Shown here: positions 49,601-61,578 of the stretch, in pieces
Layout: the number at the start of each line of letters is the position of its first letter
Position numbering within the stretch: the first letter of the stretch is position 1
From: Geosiphon pyriformis uo1
Lineage: Eukaryota; Fungi; Glomeromycota
DNA: 64,000 nt
Assembly: GCA_016748015.1 (NCBI GenBank)
Contig: JAAOMT010000639.1
Span: forward strand, 1 to 64,000
Direction: 5' to 3'
Program-made: the position numbers and the translations under genes
Notes under the pieces: generated by a model
What the model saw: only the letters and a program-made list of their open reading frames with translations
The model's database searches: none
What the model was told of the DNA's origin: nothing

Positions 49601-52238
49601 GCTGAAATGATTTTTGACTTAGCAATGGCATTAATCAATAGAGCCACCCAAAAAGATGTCTGCCAAATGAAAGAAGCTGAATACATTGAGTATATCATGG
49701 AATTAGCTGGATTTGATTATGAAAATGAAGCAAAAACATACCACCAAATTACAAATTATACATATCCAACCAAAAAAGCTCAAATTCAATAATTAGAGCA
49801 AATGAACATTTAATTATATGAAGAATGTATTATGTCTTGTGATGACCAATGGTGTTTAGAATGCTATGCTCTTAGCATTCCTCTGCCAGATGAGAATGAT
49901 AAAAAAAAATCGAATTTGGAGTATTTGAACTAGTAGAAAAACTACCAACCACACTCATCTATTTTCTTAAAAATCAACCACCTCTATAACTTAAATATTT
50001 CAACAACCATGACCAAGGAATTAGACCAGAAAAAGCACACAAGATTGATGCTGGATATAATCTAAAATACCCAGAAAAAGATACTTTGGTTCTCCAACCA
50101 AAGTTCTTGACAAAAATCAACCTAAAAATCGCTTTTGAAATTCCATCTGGAGCAATAGTTCAAATTGCATCTAAATTATCATTGGCAAGCAAAAAAATCA
50201 ATGTTAGAAGAGGAGTTATAGATGCAGGATATACTGGAGACATTACTATCATGTTGCAGAATAAAACAGACTAATTATTTAAGATTAAACATGCTGAAAA
50301 GATTGCCCAAGCAATTTACCTATTCCTAATCAACATTTCGGGTTTACAATCAGTTAACAACAGAGAACAATTGGGAAAAAATAAAAAAAATACAAGGTTT
50401 TGGTTCAACTGGACGATTTACAGTGCCAGTAAATATAGCTTTCAATACACAGAATAAATCTCATCAGATTCTTCAACTTCCCCAACCAATTACTATTTCA
50501 CTTTTTGGAGAACATCACAAAATCTACACTTGCTCAAAACCCACCACTATCCAACAAATCTGTTTAAAGCATGAAATTTCAATCCCAAACGTTTATATTC
50601 CCAAAGGAATAAAAAAATTTCAAGTTATATTCTACAACCCCAATAATTACCCTATTGTCTTATTAAATAAATTAGAAATTGAAATCATCTACAGCAATAT
50701 TTTTCAAGATAAAAACTCTTAAATTGTTTCTAATTTTATCGAAATTATAAGACATATACTACTTCTAAATCTAAACATCATCCCTACTACTGAAAACTAT
50801 TATCTGTTGGAAGAAAAACTCTCTCAAATCAACATAGGTCTCTTAGAGTCCCAAAAACAAAGACAATTGAAACAATTGATAGCTGAATCTGCAAATATAT
50901 TTGCAAGAGACAACAATGACCTTGGAAAAACTGATATTGTCCAATACTAAATCCACACAGGAGATACTCTACCAAAACAACAACAAGCCTATTAAGTTTT
51001 ACTGCTAGCCACCAATTTATTAGAGAAGAGATCCAAAGAATGCTCAATAACGGATTGATTCAACTATCAAGAAGTCCTTGGGCCTCATCAGTAGTACTTG
51101 TTAAAAAAAAAACGGAAAAATCAGATTCTGTGTAGATTATTATCAGCTCAACAGCATAACAATTGGAAATGCCTACCCATTTCTAAGAATTGATAACATG
51201 CTAGATGTCTTAGGAAAAGCCAAGTTTTTCTCAACTTTAGACTTGAAAAGTGAATACTGGCAAGTCGAAATGGACCCAAAAGATTGATCCAAAACAGCAT
51301 TTACCACTTAAAGAGGAAACTATGAATTTAATATTATGCTTTTTGAACTCTGCAATGCACCAGCAACATTTCAATGACTCATGAATGTTGTATATGAAAA
51401 ACTCTTGTGACAATCAGTAGTTGTCTATCTTAATAACACTAATGTGTACTTACCAAGCTTTGAAGCTCATCTTATTCACCTGCGAGAAGTTTTTCAACAA
51501 TTATAGAAAGCAGGATTAAAGTTAAACATTGAGAAATGTCATTTTGAAAAAACAAGCCTAATCTTTTTTAAACATATTGTTAGTAAAGATGGAATCAAAC
51601 CAAATTTTAGAACAATCAATGCTGTCAAAAACTTTCAAACCCCCAAAAATACCACAGAGCTACAAGAATTTGTAAGATTAGTCTCCTACTATCAAAAATT
51701 CATAAAAGAATTCTCAAAAATTGCCAAACCACTCAATTATCTTATCAACAAAAACGTGCCATACAAATGGACTAAAGAACAACAAAAAACTTTTGAAATC
51801 TTCAAGACAAAATTAACAACAGCTCTAGTTCTTGCTTATCTAGATTTCAATAAACAATTTCAATTAGTCACTGATGCTTCACACATAGCATTTGGTGCCA
51901 TTCTATCACAATTGAATGAAAATGGCCAGGAGCAGGTCATTGTTTATGCTAGTAGAACACTCAAGCCAACAAAACTCAAATATGGCTCAACTGAATTAGA
52001 AGCTGCTGTAGTTATTTGGGCTATTAAACATTTTCAACAATACTTGAAGAATGGAAAAAAATTTGACATAATAATTAACAATATTGGCCTCAAATGGCTC
52101 AATAAAAAGAAAACTGAACAAAGTGCCAAACAGTCTTGATGAAATAACTTCCTAGCAGACTACAAATATATTGTATACCATAAACCAGGAAAACTACATA
52201 CCAATGTTGATAGCCTTTCAAAAATGAGACAAAATTAA
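46686..52238 (+). pseudogene. Gypsy-3 gag-pol (Gag, PR, Cys-rich domain, dUTPase, RT, RNase H)
   Basis: CYYCGISGHWKQDC, LILDSGS, GVIDAGYTG, GFGSTG, SPWASSVVLV, VTDASH..ELEAAVVIW, ends VDSLSKMRQN*. Confidence 0.88.
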
Positions 52239-52293
52239 CACCACCAACAAATTCACTACAACTTACTACTACCAACAAAACAACAAAACAACA

Positions 52294-53660
52294 ATGGATT
52301 CCAAAAATTACAACAATTTTAAAAACTATTTGGAGACTCTTATCATACCAGAAAATTGGTTTCCAAGTAAAAAACATTGATTACAACACCAATCCAAACA
52401 ATATTTCATTCATCACAACAAAACTTATTACAAAAATTGTAGAAATTAAAACCAACCATTCAGATTAGTACAGAAAAACAAAAAAGAAACAATCCTATAC
52501 AACATGTACACAGATTTTTCTTCAGCACACTTAGAAAGAAATGAAACAATTCAAAGAACTCTTGAACATTATTTTTGGCCCTATATGCAAAAAAACATTT
52601 GACAATATATAGAATTTTGTGATAGTTGTCAAAGAAAAGAAAAAACTTGTCTCACAGAATCTTTAAATCCAATCAAAGTTGGACAATCTTTTGACAGAGT
52701 TGGAATTGATTTAGTCGGACCATTACCTATCACAATCCAAGGAAATTGTTATATTGCAGTTACAGTAGATTATCTTACCAAATGGTCTAAAACTAGAGCC
52801 ATATAAAAAGCAGATGCAAAATTAGTAGCAAATTTCATTTATGAAGATATTATTTGTAGACATAGATGCCCAATTGAACTCTTATCAGATTAAGGAACAC
52901 ATTTTGTAAACAACTTAATACAAGAAATTTGTGAACGATTCAATATTAAAAGACTCTTATTATTATCTTATCACTCTTAAACAAATGGATTTGTAGAACA
53001 TTTCAACAAAACATTGTGTGAATCTTTAACCAAAGTCTCAACAGATTTTGAGCAGAAATAAGATATCTTTATTCCATTAGTGTTACTAGCATACAGAACA
53101 CTAAAACAAAATACTATGAAACACACACTATTTGATCTTACTTATGGAAGAACAGCAACATTACCAATTAATTTCACAGTAGAAACATACCCAGTACAAT
53201 CAATCAATAAAGAAAATTTTCAAGAAACACTCTTCTTAGTACATTAGAAGGAAAGAGACACATAGCAGCTACTCATATTGAACACTTTCAAGCCCTACAA
53301 AAAGAAAGACATGACAACAAATTACCATCAGTTACCAACAAATTTAAAGTTGACAATAAAGTTTTCTTACACAGAACTAAGGCTAAAAAACAATAAAATT
53401 GAAAATTTGAACATAAATGGGATGGATCATTTTATATTCACGAAATTTTAGGCAATGGATTATACAAGTTAAGACTTAATGACAAAGTATTAGCAAAAGT
53501 TGCACATAGAGATAGATTGAAATACTATTATTCCAGAAACAATCCTGAATCATTAATTTCACAAATTGGTACATATTCTTCTTTAATTAATCCTAAAGAT
53601 ATTCCTCGAAATTTAGAACCAATAATTATAATAGAACAACAACCAAACTTGAACACTTAA
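52294..53660 (+). pseudogene. Gypsy-3 integrase (separate ORF, decayed)
   Basis: ATG GAT TCC AAA AAT TAC at 52294; CDSCQR, VGIDLVGPLP, WDGSFYIHEILGNG. Confidence 0.85.
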
Positions 53661-53858
53661 TTCAACATAATTTTACAATAATCTTTTAATAATACACAAA
53701 AACAAAAATAGTAAATAATTACAAGAAATATCCAAACCCAAAAACAAATAAAACCCCATATCCAAAAATAATTTTCTTTATTCTCTTTATTAATCAACCA
53801 TTTTTATCATGATTATTTTTGAAATATCCAACAAATATTTCAAAAATTAATATTAGCT

Positions 53859-54484
53859 TTGAAAACATTTCCTGACTTATTCATAACAATTAATGGAAGT
53901 CAAATTAATTACATTCAGAAAGAAACTACAGCTCCAGTAGTAAATAATTCTCAGAATTATTACCTCTATAAAAGAAAAACAAAAAATTACTCTGGAAATC
54001 AATTACCAGAACTTTTGAAGCAAGCACTGAAAAAAAACCTTTTAATTGCCCCTATTGACATTCCACCAAATGCCACAATTCAACAAAAACTTCTACTATT
54101 TTTTAATGAACAGAACAATGAATATACACTTATATATAGATATTTTTGTATTGGAAAACCACTTTATGAATGAAAACTGGAACTTGAAGCAACCAACATC
54201 ACTCCTGAGGCTATACAAAAACAAATTCACAATGAATTCAAAATAGCAGCTGGATCAACAAACACTTACTACAAACTTAGAGCAGCAGTTAGACTCTATA
54301 ATTTATTCAACACTTGTGAAAACGTCCTACAAAATCCAATACTCCATCCAATGAAGATTTAATACATTGGAAAGCTCACAAAACTGAAATTTCAACAATT
54401 TTCAGACCAGATCACTTCAATTATCTTGGACTACTATCTTAATATCACAGATAGTACTTGGACTTTGACGGAGCTCAGTCTTGA
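53859..54484 (+). pseudogene. Gypsy-3 ORF3, unknown function
   Basis: YRYFCIGKPL..AAVRLYNLF..YIGKLTKLKFQQF, then DFDGAQS* (one frameshift) abutting the PPT. Confidence 0.65.
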
Positions 54485-56550
54485 GGAGGAGATTATGTTA
54501 TCAGTAGAATTTAGCTATTAATTAGCATAAAATTATTCTCATAATTTCTATTATTAATTATTATTTCGATTATCACTTATTATTTAATCAAATTATCAAA
54601 TATCATTACTCAATCAATAATCCGATTTGTACTCTAGAAATTAAGATGATCAAATTACACAATACCCTGAACCATTTAAAATAGTCAAAATTCGTCGAAA
54701 TTAATGGAAATTGGCCGAAATAATCAATAGTTCAGTGAAATAACTTGTAGTTCGCTAAAATGTATCTTTAGTTTACCCAAATTGTAGCAAAGAGAAAAAG
54801 TGCAAGTTCAAAGACTAGTACTACAACAAGTTGTATAAAAAAAGAGCTTCTCTCTTCAAGAAAATATATATTCTCATAGTATCTTATCATAGTATCTTAT
54901 TATAGTACTTTACTTTAGATATCTTAATTAAAACAAATTACCTTTTACACATTCAAATAAAAATTAAATATTCGAAAACCAAATCCTTAAAATTATTACA
55001 CTTGAAATTTTCTCAACACAACTAACGTTTTGAAATTGATTAGCTACCAATTTCAGTAATCTGTTAGTGACTCTAGGCCCAAATATAAAACGTTTCTCTT
55101 GATAAAATCACATTTTTTTACATTTTTTTTATTTTTCTTTTCTTTTCTTATCATAATCATTAGGGTAGCCTATAGACAAGATTTCTGTAGAAGAGTTGAC
55201 TTTTACAGCAAAATAACTACACATCTTTAGTAAGCTTCCAGATGAGCAATTCCTGGAAAAGAGTTGATATTTATTACAACGTAACTACATAAAGTAACTG
55301 GCATAGAATTGGCCATTCTACTTATAAGCCCAGCAGTTCAAATTATAAGAGATAATTTGAAGATAAATTCAGTTATTGGAGGTCCAACTACTTTCTAAGA
55401 ATGTGAATTCACAGCAAATCAACATTAACAACACTCAAAAAAAAAGACCAAAAACCTCCAGTAACACCACTAATACCAATTAAAGTGAGACAACCATTTG
55501 ATTGAATTGGAATTGACTTAGTCAGACCATTAACAATAACCAGTAAAAGCAATTAGTATATAGCAATAACTATAAACTATCTTACAAAATGGCCAGAAGC
55601 AAAAACAATTCAAAGAACAGATGCAGAATTTATAGCCAAATTCATCCACCAAAATTTAATTTGTTAATATAGATGTTCAAAAAATTATTATCAGATCAAG
55701 AAACTTATTTTGTAAACAGAACATTAACAAAATTAAGTTAAATATTTGAAATCAAAAAATCATTATTATTACTATATTATTCACAAACAAATGACTTAAT
55801 TAAAAAGCAATAGCAAAAATCAGCCAAAAAAACCAGGACAAATGGAATTTGTTTATATTATTAGTATTATTTGCTTATTAGACAATAAAACAAAATATCA
55901 CACAAACAACACCATTTAAACTTGTTTATAATAAAACAGCAACATTATCAGTTGAGATAAATATCAACACATATTCAATGGAATCAATAACAGAAGCCAA
56001 CTTTTAAAAAACATTGCTAAGAAGAATGTATAAATTAATAGAAATATTGGAAAACAAAAGATAAAAAGCAGCTAATAACATTCAAAGATTACAAAAAAAA
56101 CAAAAAAAATAACATAATAACTAATTACCAGATAAACCAATTGAATTTAAAATTGGAAACAAAGTACTTTTATATTATACCAAAGCAAAAAAACAATGGA
56201 ATGAAAAATTTGACTCTAAATCAGACAAATCATTTCACATTGAAGAAATTCTAAAAAATAAAGCTTATAAACTAAGATAGAACAACAAAATTTTAGCTAA
56301 AACAACACATAAAAATTGACTAAAACTATATTACAATATAACATTATCATCTATCAATAATATTTTACAACTGGGAGTATAAGGAATAGTAGTTAAACCA
56401 AATAAAATTCCATAAGATTTAAAACCAATTATCATCATTAAAGCAAATACATCAAATTGATTTATTATAACAGTATATAAAAAATTAGCAAGCATAACAA
56501 AACAACAAAAAAAGATGAAAATTACTAACAGCATCTATTTACTTACACAA

Positions 56551-58158
56551 TATTACTTATAAAATATAAGAAGTATATTAGTATATAAATTAGCCAATCA
56601 GAAGTAGCCATAGTAGATATAGAATTCTAGGATTTCTCTCAAGAGAAATCGCAGAATTCCAAAAATTTCAAGATTCTCATACAAAAAATTGTAAGATTCC
56701 AGAATTCCAGAATTCCTGATGTGAAGAATCAAGAAATTGAGGAATCTCAATTATATATATTGTTACAGATAATTATTTGTAGTCTCAAAGCAAATAACAG
56801 ACTCATAACTTGGTGCTTAATTGATATAAAGATGTTGATTTCTGAAGGTTAACTGTATTTGAAGGTTTTTGTGATTTGAAGATTTTGGTTAAGTCTTTTG
56901 TATAATAAACAGAGATTCAATAATTGTTTTTTAGTCGCCTCCCAGAATTGCAATTCCATCAAATTTCTTTCTCAACATAATGGCCAGTAATTTTCTTGGT
57001 AAGCTATCCTCAAATCTATGAGTTCTCTACTCTTGTTTTACAGATTTTTTACCAGTCTCTATGATGTCTGTAACTCAGTGCTTTTTAATCCTTAATTAAT
57101 TAGTAAAACAAAAAAGAAATAACAAAGAAAATAAAAAAAAAATAAAAAAATAAGTCAAAGCAATTGCAAGTTAGTATCCTGTTAATAGACATGATCAAGA
57201 GCTATTGTTTTAGTATAATTAAGTATTAGTTACTATTAACATAAAGTATTGATAGTGGAAAATAGATTGAAATAGTAAATAATTATTTATTGATATTTGT
57301 AATGTGGAAAGTTGCTTAGATCAAATCTAAACTAAAAAATCTGTCTTTTTTGCTTCTAATGCTATTGCTATATATACCTAATTTATGTTCTATGAAATTG
57401 CTTATATTTCCGAGCAATGTGCCCTAATTTTCTAATATTGTTTCATATTGCTGAGCAATATGTTCATATGCTAACTACTACTCTCTTATTGGTTTACTAT
57501 TTTCTATATCTGTTTTTTTTATAAGTGTCAATATATAGCAGTAACATTAGAAATAAAAAAGACAAAACCTCTTAGTTTATATTTAATCTAAGCAACCTTC
57601 TATATTACAAAAATCAATAAATAATTATTTGCCATCTCAATTCACTTTTCACTATCAACTCTTCATGTTAATAGTTGCTAATATTTAACCATACTAAAAC
57701 AATAGCTTTTGATCACAGCTATTGATGAGATATTAACATTTATTGTTTTAGCTTATTTTTTTATTTTATTTTATTTTATTTTATTTTGCTTTGTTATTTC
57801 TTGTTGTTGACTAATTGATTAAAAAATAAAAACATTGAGTTATTGATGTCACAAATAGTCTGGTAAAAGACCCAAAAATAAGGATATAAGATTTATAAAT
57901 TAACAGATAGTTTATCAAAAGAGCACAACTGCCAAAATAAACCAGCCACCACATTAAAAACAGAAATTGAGATAATAACTTGATAAATCAACCAAAACCA
58001 ACTATAGTGAATCTCTGTCTATTATACAAAAAACTCCAATCCAAAAAAAAACCCTTGAAATACAAACAACTTTCAGATATTACCAACTATATCAAGCTAT
58101 TAAGCACTAAGTTATGGTTTGTTATTTGCTTTAAGATCCCAAATAATCACTTGTAATA
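56551..58158 (+). mobile_element. Solo LTR (Gypsy-2-like U3) in the 3' region of Gypsy-2, itself interrupted
   Basis: TATTACTTAT...TGTAATA (mutated termini); TSD ACAA/ACAA; gaattccag repeats; ~834 bp once the nested LTR is removed. Confidence 0.85.
56761..57530 (-). mobile_element. Solo LTR (16212-element family) inserted in the TATA-like box of the 56551 LTR
   Basis: TGTTACAGA...AGTGTCA; TSD ATAT/ATAT; collinear with 16212-17123. Confidence 0.88.
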
Positions 58159-61100
58159 ACAACAACTATTATAACTAATTTAACAACAGAAATCAAGTCT
58201 AAAAATTATCATTAATAAACACATAATACAGTACAAAAACAAATAAATATCATAAAAAAACCAAATTAAAAAACAATATTCTAAATACTACACTTCTGAG
58301 AATACAGTAAATAAAATAATGAGAAAGATAGAAAAGACATTAAAAGATCCAAAAATATTAATACCAGAAGATAAATTGATCTTAAAAAATTAGAACCAAT
58401 GAATACAACAAAATTCAAAGAACTTTTGTTATTATTAATTAGAACCACAATTAAAAATCAAAAACTTATATACTAACAAAACAAAAAAAAATTTGATCTA
58501 ACTTAACTACAACAAATTAAACAACTTGTTAGAAAAAATAATTTATTCACATATGTAAGAGTTATTTATTGACTACAGATAGGATTTCAAAACAGATTAG
58601 AAATATTATTACACTCAACAATAAATACTGTAACTATTAATCAATTAAAAAAATTAATCAATGCTTAATTTGAAAAATTGCAAATAAAAATTACAAAAAC
58701 AATTCTGAAAAAAAAAGCTATGAAGTTAATCCAAAAAAAAAAGCTAGAAAGTTTAAAAAATTTTAACAGAGCTCAATATTAAAAAGAAGAGAATAATGTT
58801 ATTTATAGAAATTAAAAATATCATAGTTAAAAAAATAGCCAATTAGAAGTAGGCATAATAATAGAAGAATTCCAAAATTTTTTTAAAGGAATTGCAGAAT
58901 TGCAGAATTGCAGAATTTTTCATAAAAAATTGCAGGATTCCAGAATCCCAAAATTGCAAGATTTCAGGAATTTTATATAACACCAACTATGTATATATAG
59001 CAGTAATATTAGAAATAAGAAAAAACAAAATTCAGTTCAGTTTTAGTTAGTATTCTTTTTCTTATCTATTAATTAAACTCTTATTTCACAGATAGTTAAT
59101 ATTAACTGAAGTAAATTTACCAAAATATTCAATAAATATACATTTTATTATTCAATTTATGTTATTGTCATTTGATTGAAAATTTCCATCATTCATCTGT
59201 TATTAATACTCTATATTAATAACATCTAATACTTAATTATATTAGAACAATAGCTCTTAATTATGGTTATTGACAGAATACTAATTTCTTATTTTTTTTC
59301 TATTTTTTTATTTTCTTTATTTCTTTTTTTTGTTGTGTTTACTAATTAATTGAAGAATTAAATACATAGAATTATTGACATCAAAAAGACTGGTAAAAGA
59401 CCCAGAAATAAAAATAAATACTTAGAATTTAAGAATAGCTTACCAAAAAACCAGCCATCAAGCTGAAAAAAAAAATTGACAGAAAAATTTTCTAGGAGGC
59501 TATAGATACCAAAACACATCAACTTGAGAGTTGGAAAAAAAACTAAAAATATTATCAAAGAATATTACTATTGAATCTCTGTTTATTATACAAAAACTCA
59601 ACCAGCACTTTCAAATTACCAATATTTTTAAATATTACCAATACTATCAAGCTATTAAGCATCAAGTTATGAGTTTGTTATTTATTTCAACCACTCAAAT
59701 AATCACTTATAACAACAGTTTAAATCAGATTAAGATTTAAATATAATCAAAGCAAACCGAAAATAGTGACCAGAATTAGAAAAACAAAAAATAAAACAAG
59801 TCTAATTACCAATTTAAAAGATTATATTATTAATCTTAAAAACAATATAACCAGAAAAAAAATTAACCAAAGAAAAAATTCTAATACTATTCTTGCTTAC
59901 TAATACTAATTAATAATTTAAAGTAAATACAATAGTATTTAGTTCTTTAAAATAAACAATAACATATTATTAAACACCAACAGATTTTAGTATAATACAG
60001 ACAATTTTATTAAAAACATCAAGTATTATTTTAATATTAGCAGTAAACATATCTAAAAGCATATTATACAAAACAACAGTAACAAAAAAAGAATTAGACT
60101 TAAAAATCACCAAATATTTGGCAATTTTAAGAGTAGTTAGGTGAACAAAACTTGTAAGCTCAACTAAAAATAAAGTATTTAAAAATTTTTGAAAAGCAAA
60201 TTCCATGCAAAAAAGCTTTATATTGTGTTTTAATATTAATTTAATATGCAAAAAAGCTTTATATTGTTTTTTAATATTAATTTAATATTCAAAAAACTAT
60301 GCACAGACTAAAAAACAGTCTTAATATAAGTCAATTTAATTTTAAAAGTAGCATTAGACACCAAAGTAAAGACTTCTCATTTAGTAAATTTTTAATAATT
60401 AAAAATGATTTTTCAATTATTAGCAACAGCACCAAAAATCAGCAGAAAAGATGAATTAATTTTTATTTAATCAAACCAGTTTCCAAAAACAGGTAATTTA
60501 ACAAAAAATTATTGTTTTGCTTTAAAATTAGTAATAATCTGTCAAAAAAAACCATATTTGGCAATATAGTTAATAGTTAATTTTGGTCTATCTTAGATAA
60601 TATATTAAATAATATAATAGAAATTTTATCTAAAATTTTATCTAAAATTACAAAAAAATTTAGTATAATAATAGCAAAAGTGAATAATTGCTTTTATTTT
60701 TTGGAATTCTTGGTTTTTTTGACCATTTTTAAAAAAATAATATTAGTAACACCAAAGTTTTTTTAATAAATAAAGAAAATTCTTAAGATAATGTATTAAA
60801 TTTATTGTTTTTTTATAAATAATTTAATTTAAAAAATTGCTATATATAATATTTATAATAAAAAATTTGGTAATATTATTTTAATTATAACAAAATTAAT
60901 TAAAAATAATAATAATTTTTAACTTAAACATAAATTTAAAAAATTAAAATATTTTGGTTTAATAAAAATTTTGGTTTTATAAATTTTAATAAAACATTAT
61001 TGGATATTTGTTTAAGATTATTAAAATTGTTAATAAATTTTTAGTAATTAAATTAATATTTAAAAATATGTTATTTTTCTTAATAATTAAATTATATATA

Positions 61101-61578
61101 ATTATATTTATTATAAAAAGTTTTTTAAGATATTATAATAAATAATATAATTACTATAATTATTAATAAAAGTAATTTTATAATAATAAAAACTTTAGTA
61201 AAAATAATACAAAGTTAATTTTGAGAAGTATTTAAATTTAAGTTTATCTAATTTTTTTGTAAATATTTTTACTTAAAACAATTTTAAAAAAATTTTAAAC
61301 TTTGTTTTTATTAATAAAAATTTGTTTAATATTTTAGTTAATTAAAAAATTAATAATATAAAAAAATTTATTATTATTAATTATAATATTATAATTAAAA
61401 TTTTTAATTTTTAATTCTTTTTTAATTATAGTTAATTATATCTGGAAATGCTTATTATTTTGCTAAACAATTATTCAATGTAGTTAATTTTGTCAAATAA
61501 AAAACCAGATGTGTTGATGGCATTGTTATACTTAAAAAAGAGAAAAATAATACATAATCAAAAAAGAGAAAAACACAT

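Larger units (their letters stand above)
45669..55466 (+). mobile_element. Gypsy-3: full-length element nested in the Gypsy-2 integrase (LTRs 45669-46640 and 54496-55466)
   Basis: TGTTACCAG...CTGGTAACA; TSD CCAC/CCAC; PBS TGGTGCTCTCTCACGG; PPT GAGGAGGAGATTA. Confidence 0.96.
38304..59714 (+). mobile_element. Gypsy-2: old full-length element (LTRs 38304-39222 and 58797-59714) hosting three nested insertions
   Basis: Collinear LTRs; TSD ATAG/ACAG; degenerate PBS tttagtgctttctat; gag CYYCDKQNH, LILDSS, Cys-rich domain, dUTPase remnant, VYLND, integrase split at 45668/55467; PPT before 58797. Confidence 0.9.
37560..60780 (-). mobile_element. LINE-C: old ORF1-like remnant split by Gypsy-2 (pieces ~37560-38303 and ~59715-60780)
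   Basis: ORF 59970..60251 (NMLLDMFTANIKIILDVFNKIVCIILKSVGV) resembles the RRM-like segment of LINE ORF1; ORF 37673..38014 continues on the same strand. Heavily decayed, limits approximate. Confidence 0.5.

Noticed and set aside
60780-61500. Centromere/origin or organelle insert in extreme AT tracts (also 7400-9460)
   Set aside because: No periodicity or gene remnants visible; terminally decayed repeats are a sufficient explanation.
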